From Escherichia phage PSa2, in sequence record OL770310: 64,000 nucleotides of DNA; one strand, 5' to 3'. Under the pieces are notes generated by a model. The model saw only the letters and a list, made by a program, of their open reading frames with translations. It had not been told where the DNA came from and searched no databases. Shown here piece by piece: positions 28,276 through 36,842 of this stretch. The position numbers and the translations under genes are program-made. The first letter of the stretch is position 1. Each line of letters opens with the position of its first letter.

Positions 28276-28575
28276 TTAGATAATTTCGACAATATCCTGA
28301 GTTACAAAACCGTCGAATTCATCAGAGATACCACCTGTAAAGGTGATGCCCATAATCATTGCATCCATCTTTTTAATCTCCGAAATTTTCATGCCTGCTT
28401 TACTATTCTTATAGTATTTGCGAGGATTCCCACACATCCAACAAGAACAGATGCAAGGAGTGGTAGTGATAATGCCTAACCTCTTAGGGCTTTCTTCATG
28501 TGGGAAGACTGTCCAATACTTCTTGCGATTGTTTTTCACACGTTGCCGATGATGGCGTCTTAATGCTCGATCCAC
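28276..28575 (-). CDS. Cys-rich small protein
   Basis: 99-aa ORF. Confidence 0.45.
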   Translation of the reverse strand: MDRALRRHHRQRVKNNRKKYWTVFPHEESPKRLGIITTTPCICSCWMCGNPRKYYKNSKAGMKISEIKKMDAMIMGITFTGGISDEFDGFVTQDIVEII

Positions 28576-28656
28576 ACATTTCTCCTAAAACTTGGGAGAT
28601 AAATGGAGTTTGCTCGACTACTTTGCGTAGCTGGGAGAAATCGTATCCAAACCCCA

Positions 28657-29025
28657 TTATATCGCCTGAGTAAATGTACGACTAATAACGTCGTTCTGTT
28701 GTTCACGCGTCAGTGCATTAAATCGAACAGCATAGCCAGAGACACGAATGGTCAACTGAGGGTATTTTTCAGGATGTTTCTGTGCATCCAAAAGCTGATC
28801 ACGACTTAACACATTGACATTTAGGTGCTGACCTCCCTCGACCTGAGGAATTACTTCAACATCTACGATGCGAAAGGCTTCAGGATCAAAGTGAGGTGTA
28901 ATACCTTCTAGATCTTCAACTAGAACTTTTTGTTTAAGTTCACCATCTTTAGAGTATAATTGAATGATCTGATTGTCATGAACAAGGTTAATTACGCCGG
29001 ATTTAAGGTTTTGGTACGCTTTCAT
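28657..29025 (-). CDS. hypothetical protein
   Basis: 122-aa ORF. Confidence 0.5.
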   Translation of the reverse strand: MKAYQNLKSGVINLVHDNQIIQLYSKDGELKQKVLVEDLEGITPHFDPEAFRIVDVEVIPQVEGGQHLNVNVLSRDQLLDAQKHPEKYPQLTIRVSGYAVRFNALTREQQNDVISRTFTQAI

Positions 29026-29208
29026 TAGATCTCCCTGATGTTAGAATTTGGCTCAGCTTTTTGTTAACCCAGAAGCAAGATAAAAACTGGGAGGCAGGCT
29101 GTTTATTAAGTGAATACCCGATAATCGCTCGTAGTCCGGCTTGTGGATTGATAGTCCCATTCAGTTTAATAAACACAGAGATCTGGCACAAAGGCCTGAT
29201 CTTATCTT

Positions 29209-29284
29209 TGGTAGTTAGTAGTGGATTTGAACCACTGTAGTCGCTCCGTATGAAGGAGGTGCATAACCTCTCTGCCAACTAACT
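29209..29284 (-). tRNA. tRNA, anticodon CAU (Met / fMet / Ile2 type)
   Basis: hand-folded: acceptor 7/7 Watson-Crick, T-arm AGTGG-TTCAAAT-CCACT, anticodon loop UUCAUAC, CCA encoded. Confidence 0.55.
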
Positions 29285-29380
29285 ATTATGTTTTACTAGA
29301 CTAAGTAAGTATTCTTTATACTCTTTAGACCAATTAGCTTTTTTAAACTTTCCTGGACGCATAGTCTTACTTCCTAAATT

Positions 29381-29457
29381 TGGTACTCCAGGAGGGATTT
29401 AAACCCCCGATCTCTCGGTTATCAGCCGAGTGCTTTAGATCGCTAAGCTACCGAAGC
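29381..29457 (-). tRNA. tRNA-Ile (GAU)
   Basis: hand-folded: anticodon arm CUCGG-CUGAUAA-CCGAG; acceptor stem has 3 G-U pairs. Confidence 0.5.
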
Positions 29458-29458
29458 A

Positions 29459-29665
29459 TTAACATTTAATTACAGAACGTTTACCATTTCTAGGCGCACC
29501 TGGAAGTCGTGCACGTTCTGCCATTCTTCGCTTAATCTTTGGGATATTTTCTAGTGTTTGTTCTTCAGGCTTAATACCTGAAACACTACACCACTGATTA
29601 CCATCCCATGCGGTAATGATCATAACACCATTACCCATAATCTTTTCTGTGAAAGTAATTCTCAT
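29459..29665 (-). CDS. hypothetical protein
   Basis: 68-aa ORF. Confidence 0.4.
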   Translation of the reverse strand: MRITFTEKIMGNGVMIITAWDGNQWCSVSGIKPEEQTLENIPKIKRRMAERARLPGAPRNGKRSVIKC

Positions 29666-29958
29666 TATAACAACTCGTCTAAGTAAGAGGTATACTGGTA
29701 TTTAGCTTCACCAGTTTTATCTACTTCGACTTCTGTTCTAGGTACTTTTCGTACCAGACCGTGAATCATCTTATATTGAATAGATTTAGATGGTTCGTGA
29801 TCTTTAGGAAAGACCTGCTTAACTGTAACTACTTTAAATCCCTCACGTGGTGTTAGTACAACAACTTGATCACCTTCTTTGATTTTCCAAGACTCAGGAA
29901 ATTCATAAGTGTAGCGTTGACCACCGGTAAGGAATATAACAGAAAGATAACGTTTCAT
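29665..29958 (-). CDS. hypothetical protein
   Basis: 97-aa ORF. Confidence 0.45.
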   Translation of the reverse strand: MKRYLSVIFLTGGQRYTYEFPESWKIKEGDQVVVLTPREGFKVVTVKQVFPKDHEPSKSIQYKMIHGLVRKVPRTEVEVDKTGEAKYQYTSYLDELL

Positions 29959-29988
29959 TTGGTTTTCCTCTCATTAATTTATACAAAC

Positions 29989-30018
29989 ATTATATCAAGA
30001 AATAAGAGGAAAGGCAAA
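29989..30018 (-). promoter_or_regulatory. sigma70 early promoter
   Basis: promoter family motif. Confidence 0.5.
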
Positions 30019-30032
30019 TGAATTTTTAAATT

Positions 30033-30107
30033 TGGTGCTCCCACCAGGAATCGAACCCGGTTCAGATGCTTACAAGGCAACTGCATCGCCAGCAATGCTT
30101 TAGGAGC
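30033..30107 (-). tRNA. tRNA-Thr (UGU)
   Basis: hand-folded: T-arm CCGGG-TTCGATT-CCTGG, loop CUUGUAA. Confidence 0.55.
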
Positions 30108-30274
30108 AATAAACCCGTTATTTCAACGGGATTTCTTTTTCAAATACAGGAGACTTATCAGACATTACTGTCATAGCCAACTGCTGTAGAAATTCGAATG
30201 AGAGTTTTAAACGTTCTTCGCCCAACTCAACCTCAACGCGCTTCATTCGTTTATCTACCTTTATCTTTAGATTA

Positions 30275-30496
30275 TCAGCCATCTTCGGGTTCTCTTTGCT
30301 CAGCTATTGCTAGCCAGTCTGGTAAAAGAAACTTAGTACGAAATTCTTCATATGTTTCTTCCGGATGAAAGCTATAGCCTTGCTTTTCATCATTTAATAA
30401 AACCGAACCGTCTTCCTGCTCATAAGCTCGGTATGTTTCACCAATAATTAAAACTCGCCTATTAGGGTTTTTATTACGAAACTCAAAAACGTCCAT
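30275..30496 (-). CDS. hypothetical protein
   Basis: 73-aa ORF. Confidence 0.4.
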   Translation of the reverse strand: MDVFEFRNKNPNRRVLIIGETYRAYEQEDGSVLLNDEKQGYSFHPEETYEEFRTKFLLPDWLAIAEQREPEDG

Positions 30497-30511
30497 AACG
30501 TTTCCTTAAAT

Positions 30512-30586
30512 TGGTGCGGGATACGAGAGTCGAACTCGTGTCTACTGGTTGGAAGCCAGTTATTCTAGCCACTGAACTAATCACGC
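30512..30586 (-). tRNA. tRNA-Gly (UCC)
   Basis: hand-folded: anticodon arm ACUGG-CUUCCAA-CCAGU; 3' half resembles bacterial tRNA-Gly. Confidence 0.6.
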
Positions 30587-30592
30587 ATAAAT

Positions 30593-30668
30593 TGGCTGGA
30601 GAAGGAGGAATCGAACCTACCATTAACGGAGTCAAAGGCCGTTGTGCTAACCGTTACACTACTCTCCA
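30593..30668 (-). tRNA. tRNA-Gln (UUG)
   Basis: hand-folded: loop CUUUGAC, 3' end CCAGCCA as in bacterial tRNA-Gln. Confidence 0.55.
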
Positions 30669-30674
30669 AGTATT

Positions 30675-30750
30675 TGGCTGGGATGCCACGGATCGAACGT
30701 GGAACCTTCGGAGTCAGAGGCCGACGATCTGCCAATTGATCTACATCCCA
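30675..30750 (-). tRNA. tRNA-Gln (CUG)
   Basis: hand-folded: acceptor 7/7, loop CUCUGAC. Confidence 0.55.
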
Positions 30751-30758
30751 ATAATTTT

Positions 30759-30959
30759 TTATTCTTCAGGAACCGTGGCTATTGGATCTGGTTCTTCTAG
30801 ACGTTTACCATTATGATCGACACGAATAATGCCACAACCTTCACAGATTACAACAGCACCATAGCCTTCTTTAACTTCGGCTTCTGTAATCAGACCAGAT
30901 AAATCACCAGTATCTTTGCCCCACATATCAATAGAGCATTCTTTGCAGAAATCAGCCAT
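30759..30959 (-). CDS. zinc-ribbon-like small protein (CxxC...CxxC)
   Basis: 66-aa ORF. Confidence 0.4.
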   Translation of the reverse strand: MADFCKECSIDMWGKDTGDLSGLITEAEVKEGYGAVVICEGCGIIRVDHNGKRLEEPDPIATVPEE

Positions 30960-30983
30960 ATTTTATTTCCTATTTAAGTTAAT

Positions 30984-31058
30984 TGGTGCATCCTCAGGGA
31001 ATCGAACCCCGATCGTAAAGTTCGTAGCTTTACATTCTTTCCGTTGAAATAAGGACGC
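30984..31058 (-). tRNA. tRNA-Arg (ACG)
   Basis: hand-folded: anticodon arm UAAAG-CUACGAA-CUUUA. Confidence 0.6.
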
Positions 31059-31064
31059 AATATT

Positions 31065-31141
31065 TGGGGTGGCTAGTGGAATTCGAATCCACATAGGCCT
31101 GATTCACAATCAGGATCATTAACCAATTATGATATAGCCAC
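31065..31141 (-). tRNA. tRNA-His (GUG)
   Basis: hand-folded: anticodon arm CCUGA-UUGUGAA-UCAGG, discriminator C. Confidence 0.6.
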
Positions 31142-31502
31142 AATTGAAAACTCGTAGGGTTAGCGAAACCATCCTCAAATAGTATTTTCTAGAATACTAA
31201 TCAAGTTATCTCCTATTGCACGAAGCTCAAGACGAGTACGAATTTTCAATTGTGGCGGCTCTCCGAAACTCATCACACTAACAACTAGTTGATTACACCT
31301 GGATTCTCGCCCAGGAAATTCTCTAGAAAGGTGCACCGTTACTCTTTGAGCCATTGAATATCAAGAAGCAGAAGGACTTGAACCTTCATGAGATAGACCA
31401 TTTATCTCAGCCTCGTTTTCGGGTATCTTATGAGGAGTGGATGTTCCCCTTACGCCCTTTAGGAAGCCCCGTCTACCGATTCCGGCATACTTCAAGAATT
31501 AT

Positions 31503-31706
31503 TTAAAACTTGTAACCTTCGGGAACCTTATCCTTAACACCAATATACTCAGCTTGGATGTAGTATGTTGGCACATGATCTTTAGGTAGATCTTTATTTA
31601 CATCATTAACTTCCATCAAGGCTTCGGCCTCGGTGTCAAATGGACGATACCAGATTTCACCACCCCAGCCACGTTCGCTTTCGGTATACTTAACAATGTG
31701 TTTCAT
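31503..31706 (-). CDS. hypothetical protein
   Basis: track ORF 31503-31757 trimmed to internal Met so it does not overlap the tRNA. Confidence 0.4.
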   Translation of the reverse strand: MKHIVKYTESERGWGGEIWYRPFDTEAEALMEVNDVNKDLPKDHVPTYYIQAEYIGVKDKVPEGYKF

Positions 31707-31724
31707 AAGGTTTTCCTTATTAGT

Positions 31725-31814
31725 TGGAGGAAGGTAATGGAGTCGAACCATCACCATATCGCTACAGCGGGCAGGTTTTCAAGACCTGTTACATACCACT
31801 ATGTCCTACCTTCC
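31725..31814 (-). tRNA. tRNA-Ser (UGA), long variable arm
   Basis: hand-folded: acceptor 7/7, loop CUUGAAA, ~90 nt. Confidence 0.55.
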
Positions 31815-31821
31815 AGTTGTT

Positions 31822-31914
31822 TGGCGGAAGAAGAGAGATTCGAACTCTCAAGCCTGCTTTCACAAGTCAGCCACTTTCCAAGCGGTTTTCGTCACCTAAT
31901 CGATTTGCTCTTCC
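31822..31914 (-). tRNA. type II tRNA, anticodon tentatively GGA (Ser)
   Basis: acceptor and T-arm (GAGAG-TTCGAAT-CTCTC) clear; anticodon arm assignment uncertain. Confidence 0.4.
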
Positions 31915-32088
31915 GTAGATCTTAGGATTAAATCATAAACCTCATTAGCGCATACTGGAAGTATGAGATTGTACATCTTTTGGTCGTACCTCTGACCATA
32001 TTCTATAAACACATACTCTTTAGTTAATGTATTAATAGCCAACCAGATATCAGTTACAGGAGTTTTCATCGTGATTTAATCCAATGTT

Positions 32089-32169
32089 TGGTAGGGATGG
32101 AGGGACTCGAACCCACACCCGAAGACTAGAACCTAAATCTAGCGCGTCTGCCAATTTCGCCACATCCCC
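32089..32169 (-). tRNA. tRNA-Leu (UAG)
   Basis: hand-folded: anticodon arm CUAGA-UUUAGGU-UCUAG. Confidence 0.45.
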
Positions 32170-32176
32170 ATTTTAT

Positions 32177-32395
32177 TTAGTTAGAAATAAATAATAATCC
32201 CGCAACAATGGAACCTACGCCACTGAATACCATTATCAGCATAGCTTCTAAGCTGATAAAGCGGACAGTATATGGAGCGCCCCAAGAATAATCAGTAAAG
32301 AAAGTTTTCTTTTCTTTAGCTAAATCTTTAACAATTCTAAAATAGATAGCTAGTGCTAAAGCTGCAAGAACTACAGAGGCTGCTAAGAATACCAT
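32177..32395 (-). CDS. small membrane protein
   Basis: 72-aa ORF, two hydrophobic segments. Confidence 0.4.
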   Translation of the reverse strand: MVFLAASVVLAALALAIYFRIVKDLAKEKKTFFTDYSWGAPYTVRFISLEAMLIMVFSGVGSIVAGLLFISN

Positions 32396-32415
32396 ATTAT
32401 TTCCTTAATTTGTTT

Positions 32416-32490
32416 GGTGGAGTCACTCAGAATTGAACTGAGTTCCACTGCTTGCAAGGCAGTAAGTTTAACCAAATAACCTATGACCCC
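32416..32490 (-). tRNA. tRNA-Ala (UGC)
   Basis: hand-folded: G3-U70 pair present, loop CUUGCAA. Confidence 0.55.
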
Positions 32491-32496
32491 GAATTT

Positions 32497-32570
32497 TGGT
32501 GGAGAAAGAGGGAGTTGAACCCTCGTCTTCTGCGTGCAAAGCAGATGTTCTACCATTAAACTATATCCCC
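32497..32570 (-). tRNA. tRNA, anticodon UGC by simplest fold (Ala-like, second copy)
   Basis: hand-folded: anticodon arm UCUGC-UUUGCAC-GCAGA, G3-U70; one acceptor mismatch. Confidence 0.45.
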
Positions 32571-32925
32571 AAAATCTTTAAGTTTACTAAGGCTATTAGC
32601 TCGGTGTGCGTACTGCCCTCAGACATTAGCCAGTAGAGAACAGCCGCTCTTCACAAACCCGATACACTATTCAGTTGCCGCTGAATCTAGTGGACTAATC
32701 TAGAACTTATTGCAAAGTATCCCCCGCCATTAGGGGTCTAATTGCAACTGTGCTTGTTGGCAGCCAGTCCTAGGTCGAGCTAATACCTTAGTGAACTAAA
32801 TTGATGGATATCAGACTAATTTTGCTACGGCGTTTATCCTGAGGATCTCTTTTTCGGTAGCTCTGCTAGTGTAGACGTCATACACCTGATATCTAGGCAG
32901 CTATTTTCACATCAATTTATATAAA

Positions 32926-32955
32926 TATTATAACAAGAAATTAAGCATCAAGCAA
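32926..32955 (-). promoter_or_regulatory. sigma70 early promoter
   Basis: promoter family motif. Confidence 0.5.
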
Positions 32956-33307
32956 GTACATTTTTAGCAATTTCTTGTAGTTCCTTAACGTCACTAACGA
33001 AAAGGTAGTCAGAGCTTCCAGAGTGCATACTCTGCATAACCACACCACCATCCGGTGCATCTTCTTTCAAGGTAAGTCCTAACCAGAACTCGGCAAAACT
33101 AGGTGTTACCTCACCTTGACTTGCCTTGAACACATCGCCTTCTGTGATCTCTTGACCAGTGGAGAGTCCCATGTATGGTACGTTCAGATCAATATCTTTG
33201 TAGAACTCAGCTAGATCTTGCTCGAAATCCCAACCTTTAGAGATAGCGAACTCCATTGTTACATGACCGAAATAGCCTTGAACCTTGCTTGATAATTGCA
33301 TTTGCAA
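32948..33307 (-). CDS. hypothetical protein
   Basis: 119-aa ORF. Confidence 0.5.
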   Translation of the reverse strand: MQMQLSSKVQGYFGHVTMEFAISKGWDFEQDLAEFYKDIDLNVPYMGLSTGQEITEGDVFKASQGEVTPSFAEFWLGLTLKEDAPDGGVVMQSMHSGSSDYLFVSDVKELQEIAKNVLA

Positions 33308-33326
33308 TTCCTTATTTTGAGTTAAT

Positions 33327-33400
33327 TGGTACTCGGTGATAGAATCGAACTATCGCAACCGCCGTGTAAAGACGGGGTTCTCCCATTAAACTAACCGAGC
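33327..33400 (-). tRNA. tRNA-Val (UAC)
   Basis: hand-folded: T-arm GATAG-TTCGATT-CTATC, loop UUUACAC. Confidence 0.55.
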
Positions 33401-33404
33401 AATT

Positions 33405-33482
33405 TGGTGGATTGCCTGGGATTCGAACCCAGAACTGACGGATTAAAGGTCCGCTACTCTTATCCAGTTGAGCTAGCAATCC
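33405..33482 (-). tRNA. tRNA-Lys (UUU)
   Basis: hand-folded: acceptor 7/7, loop CCUUUAA (C at position 33). Confidence 0.5.
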
Positions 33483-33868
33483 AATTTTTCTACTAATAAT
33501 TTAAAAGCATCTAGTACAGGTACTTCAAACCATTCTCCAGATACTCTATAATCTTTAAGAAGATTATGTAATTCTTTCTCTGTACGTCTTTTATCCGACG
33601 AAAATCTGAAATGGTATAGCTTGTAGTCTCTATTAGGTGAATAAGTTTGATAACTTGTTAACCTCTCATTCACATCTATAGTCATACCTATTTTATACAT
33701 GCCTGGCCATGCTGGATTACCAATTACATATACAAAACCTTCCGTTATAGGTATTTTATGCTCCCTTTTATACTTTAAGAGATTTAAGGCTGCCATTCGA
33801 TAACAGAATCTAAACTCTGAAGTTTTTAACTTACCTTCTTTACCTGAAATTTCGTTATATTTGCTCAT
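33473..33868 (-). CDS. T5orf172 / GIY-YIG-like domain protein
   Basis: 131-aa ORF; GFVYVIGNPAWPGMYKIGMT ... GEWFE pattern. Confidence 0.55.
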   Translation of the reverse strand: MSKYNEISGKEGKLKTSEFRFCYRMAALNLLKYKREHKIPITEGFVYVIGNPAWPGMYKIGMTIDVNERLTSYQTYSPNRDYKLYHFRFSSDKRRTEKELHNLLKDYRVSGEWFEVPVLDAFKLLVEKLDC

Positions 33869-34122
33869 ATAAGCTCTTATGAGCTTATCATCTATAATGA
33901 AGTTATCAGGAAGGTTTAAGGCAGCTAAAAACTTTATTAATTAGCATAGACTTCTTTAATAGAGTAAACTTTTAAGTAAGGATGATTAATACCAAATTCC
34001 GCCATCACTTCATTTTCATCTTTACCGTAATAGGCTAATGGATACTTCTTACGATCTTTACTAGAACGTAAATCACTTACTTTTAAACGAAATAATTTCA
34101 TTTCGAAATCCTTCTATTAAAT

Positions 34123-34200
34123 TGGAAGCGGGTGCAGGAATCGAACCTACCTCTTTCTAGCTTATGAGACTAGAGATCTCTACCAGAGATCTAACCCGCA
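34123..34200 (-). tRNA. tRNA-Met (CAU)
   Basis: hand-folded: D-arm GATC/GATC, loop CUCAUAA; one acceptor mismatch. Confidence 0.5.
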
Positions 34201-34206
34201 ATTGTT

Positions 34207-34284
34207 TGGTCTCCGTGGGAGGATTTGAACCCACGACCCTATCGCCCCAAACGAAACGCTCTGGCCAAACTGAGCTACACGGAG
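34207..34284 (-). tRNA. tRNA-Pro (UGG)
   Basis: hand-folded: acceptor 7/7, loop UUUGGGG. Confidence 0.55.
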
Positions 34285-34317
34285 AATATTCTTTGTTAAC
34301 TCACTTTATAAAATATA

Positions 34318-34346
34318 TTATACAGAGAATTAAGCTAAATAGCAAC
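34318..34346 (-). promoter_or_regulatory. sigma70 early promoter
   Basis: promoter family motif. Confidence 0.5.
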
Positions 34347-34593
34347 TACATTTTTTAATAAATTTACTTATTAGGTAAGTCACCGAGCTATCAACTCATG
34401 CTAGCGAGAAAGTTTGCGAGACCTTCTTTAAGTACTAGAACACACCCGCCGATGTGTCGGACTTACTTAATAAGTAAACTTTCGTTTACTTACACCTACC
34501 TGGTCGGGAGGATTTTCAGCGACTAGAACCGGCCGGAAACTCATCGCCTTGTTTATCTAGGAGTCCGTTCTCTAGGAAGCAGAAACCTAAATT

Positions 34594-34667
34594 TGGTGCG
34601 GTCGGAGGGAATCGAACCCTCAACTTTTGGTTGGCAACCAAAAATTATACCTTTTAACTACGAACGC
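34594..34667 (-). tRNA. tRNA-Gly (GCC)
   Basis: hand-folded: anticodon arm UUUGG-UUGCCAA-CCAAA. Confidence 0.55.
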
Positions 34668-34669
34668 AT

Positions 34670-34880
34670 AATAAGTCAATCTAGGCAGGACTTGAACCTG
34701 CTATCACTTGTGCGGATTTACGAGAACCATTCTTTCACTCGAATCGAACGAGCTTCTACCCTCGGCAAGCTGGTGTCCCCTCTCCACCACGCTAGAATGA
34801 TAATTAATGCCTGCTCCTTTGAATCAAGAAGTCCACCCCGGACTTTGGGTCTTTGCAGTACATCACGCTGCTCTGATGTT
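34670..34880 (-). other. tRNA-like segment: two canonical T-arm motifs but no pairing acceptor stems found
   Basis: minus-strand GCAGG-TTCAAGT-CCTGC and GCTCG-TTCGATT-CGAGT without matching 5' acceptor strands. Confidence 0.3.
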
Positions 34881-34956
34881 TGGTACACCCACTAGGACTT
34901 GAACCTAGAACCCTCCGCTTAAGAGGCGGTAGCTCTAACCATTGAGCTATGGATGT
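34881..34956 (-). tRNA. tRNA, anticodon CUU by simplest fold (Lys-like)
   Basis: hand-folded: T-arm CTAGG-TTCAAGT-CCTAG, loop CUCUUAA. Confidence 0.45.
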
Positions 34957-35032
34957 ATTATTATGTTTTGCAGTGCTCTAAATATAGACACTTCCCACGC
35001 GGTGGTTATCTATACCAGCGTCCTGCAAAAAT

Positions 35033-35109
35033 TGGCGCGACCGATGGGATTCGAACCCACATTTTCTCCCGTGACAGGGGAGTACCATTACCAAGCCAGC
35101 CCCGATCGC
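35033..35109 (-). tRNA. tRNA-Asp (GUC)
   Basis: hand-folded: anticodon arm CUCCC-CUGUCAC-GGGAG. Confidence 0.6.
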
Positions 35110-35118
35110 ATAATTTAT

Positions 35119-35304
35119 TTACTCAGTTTTGAGTTTTTCGATAGCTTCCTCAACCTCTTTTAGAGCTTCACGACGGGCATTCTGTTGCTGCATATCTTGA
35201 ATTAATGTCAGTTTTTGGTTTTCAATTTCTTGATCCCAAACCTTAATATTATTAATCAGACTATCACGATCAGCTTCTAGTCGAGCAATTGCACGAGTTG
35301 TCAT
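35119..35304 (-). CDS. small coiled-coil protein
   Basis: 61-aa ORF. Confidence 0.4.
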   Translation of the reverse strand: MTTRAIARLEADRDSLINNIKVWDQEIENQKLTLIQDMQQQNARREALKEVEEAIEKLKTE

Positions 35305-35405
35305 ATCTATTTCCTCAGTTATTAATGAAAATGGTATCTGTGACTGAATTCAATATCAGTAATGATAGCTGGTTGGCTACCGGTTTACTTAACTCTACAC
35401 AGAAT

Positions 35406-35488
35406 ATGGCGGGCCGTGTAGGATTCGAACCTACGTTGTCTTTCGACATGGATTAACAGTCCACCGCCAAACCGCTTGGCTAACGACC
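35406..35488 (-). tRNA. tRNA with anticodon GUU (Asn) and an unusual 13-nt variable arm
   Basis: hand-folded: anticodon arm GUGGA-CUGUUAA-UCCAU; variable hairpin GTCGAAAGAC. Confidence 0.4.
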
Positions 35489-35495
35489 CTAAAAT

Positions 35496-35571
35496 TTGGA
35501 CGACCGCATGAGATTCGAACTCACATAAGGAGGTTTTGCAGGCCTCCGCCTAAGCCATTCAGCCAACGGTC
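35496..35571 (-). tRNA. tRNA, anticodon tentatively GCA (Cys), enlarged anticodon loop
   Basis: acceptor and T-arm clear; anticodon stem GGAGG/CCTCC encloses a 9-nt loop. Confidence 0.35.
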
Positions 35572-35750
35572 GAGTTATCTTGCTTTTCGAGATTAGTAAA
35601 CTCTAGATCTTTAGAATGTCCTATAGATCTAGCATAATAGCCATCTCCAGCATCATAGCCTGATTTACCACACTTACACATCTTAAACTCGCGTAAACGT
35701 GTAAATATATGTTCAGAACCACAACACTTAAATTTAACTAGCTTTTTCAT
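35559..35750 (-). CDS. Cys-rich small protein
   Basis: 63-aa ORF; 3' end overlaps tRNA, true extent uncertain. Confidence 0.35.
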   Translation of the reverse strand: MKKLVKFKCCGSEHIFTRLREFKMCKCGKSGYDAGDGYYARSIGHSKDLEFTNLEKQDNSTVG

Positions 35751-35989
35751 CCAACACGCTCCGGCAGGTCTTCCAGTTTATATTCAGTAGCCACATTAGC
35801 AGCATCTAGTAACAAACCCATATGTTTAAGAATTCTAGTGATAGCCTCGCCTTCTGCTTCTTCTACAAAGCAGCGTAGTTGCATGAAGTCAATACCACCA
35901 TCCATACCAGAGAAAATGTTAAGTAAGCGAAGCATTACCAGCTTACGTTCTTTCAATTCTTGTTCTGTCATGTTGCTTCTCCAGTTCAA
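35747..35989 (-). CDS. hypothetical protein
   Basis: 80-aa ORF. Confidence 0.45.
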   Translation of the reverse strand: MNWRSNMTEQELKERKLVMLRLLNIFSGMDGGIDFMQLRCFVEEAEGEAITRILKHMGLLLDAANVATEYKLEDLPERVG

Positions 35990-36000
35990 TTTATGAAATA

Positions 36001-36030
36001 ATTATACAGAACTTTAAGCGGTTAAGCAAC
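36001..36030 (-). promoter_or_regulatory. sigma70 early promoter
   Basis: promoter family motif. Confidence 0.55.
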
Positions 36031-36309
36031 TACATTTTTCAGAAATATGATGCCTTTCTTTTTCTTCTTATACTTCCACGTTAACGGGTTCTGTCTATTA
36101 TGAACGCTTGAGATCTTTGTCTCGTCAAAGTTCTTCAATACCATGTAATCACAGGCCAACTGTTCTAGTGGAATGTGATCTCCGTCAAAAGCGTAAACGT
36201 AAGGCTGTTGACTGGCACGATAATGATAGACTTTGTTAATTCTGCGTTTCAGTGACTTATCCGCACAGTAAATAAAGAAGTTTTCAGGATGCATCAGCAT
36301 CTCCTTCAA
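36022..36309 (-). CDS. hypothetical protein
   Basis: 95-aa ORF. Confidence 0.45.
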   Translation of the reverse strand: MKEMLMHPENFFIYCADKSLKRRINKVYHYRASQQPYVYAFDGDHIPLEQLACDYMVLKNFDETKISSVHNRQNPLTWKYKKKKKGIIFLKNVVA

Positions 36310-36311
36310 AT

Positions 36312-36386
36312 TGGTGCACCCTGTTCGAATTGAACGAACCTCTCAAGCTCTTCAGGCAAGCGCTAATCCATCTCAGCTAAAGGTGC
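36312..36386 (-). tRNA. tRNA-Phe (GAA)
   Basis: hand-folded: T-arm GTTCG-TTCAATT-CGAAC, loop CUGAAGA; weak anticodon stem. Confidence 0.45.
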
Positions 36387-36392
36387 AAATAT

Positions 36393-36470
36393 TGGCAAAC
36401 CTACTAGGACTCGAACCTAGACCGTACGGTTTTGGAGACCGACATGCTGTCCAGTAACACTCTAGGAATG
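36393..36470 (-). tRNA. tRNA-Trp (CCA) candidate
   Basis: anticodon arm UCGGU-CUCCAAA-ACCGU resembles bacterial tRNA-Trp; acceptor pairing poor, 5' end uncertain. Confidence 0.35.
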
Positions 36471-36477
36471 CAGAAAT

Positions 36478-36554
36478 TGGCGTCCTGTGCGGGGATCGAA
36501 CCCGCAAATCCTACCTTGAAAGGGTAGTGACTTTACCAGTTTGTCTAACAGGAC
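36478..36554 (-). tRNA. tRNA-Glu (UUC)
   Basis: hand-folded: acceptor 7/7, T-arm GCGGG-TTCGATC-CCCGC, loop CUUUCAA. Confidence 0.6.
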
Positions 36555-36561
36555 TTAAATT

Positions 36562-36652
36562 TGGTGTTGGATGATGGAGTCGAACCACCCGAGACCCTTC
36601 CGAGTCGGCAGATTTACAGTCTGCTTCGCTACCTCTACGATACTAATCCAAC
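36562..36652 (-). tRNA. tRNA-Tyr (GUA), long variable arm
   Basis: hand-folded: acceptor 7/7, anticodon arm GCAGA-CUGUAAA-UCUGC. Confidence 0.6.
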
Positions 36653-36777
36653 ATATTTGAATGAAAAGTAAGTCGGTTAAACTCAAGGTGGAATATTTCA
36701 GGATTTCCTGACTTTACCCATAAAAGTAACTCGCTTAGTTACTTCTCATTCAGATATGTTTTCCAAATTAGATAACT

Positions 36778-36807
36778 ATTATATCAAGTTTTGAAGGACT
36801 GAGCAAG
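36778..36807 (-). promoter_or_regulatory. sigma70 early promoter
   Basis: promoter family motif, degenerate. Confidence 0.4.
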
Positions 36808-36842
36808 TCAAATTTTAAAGAACTTGCTCAGTGCTACATCAG

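Noticed and set aside
30511-35163. Plus-strand ORFs 30511-30816, 31698-31925, 31724-31918, 34164-34358, 34593-34895, 34942-35163
   Set aside because: Each reads antisense through one or more tRNA genes; proline/glycine/arginine-rich translations typical of tRNA complements.
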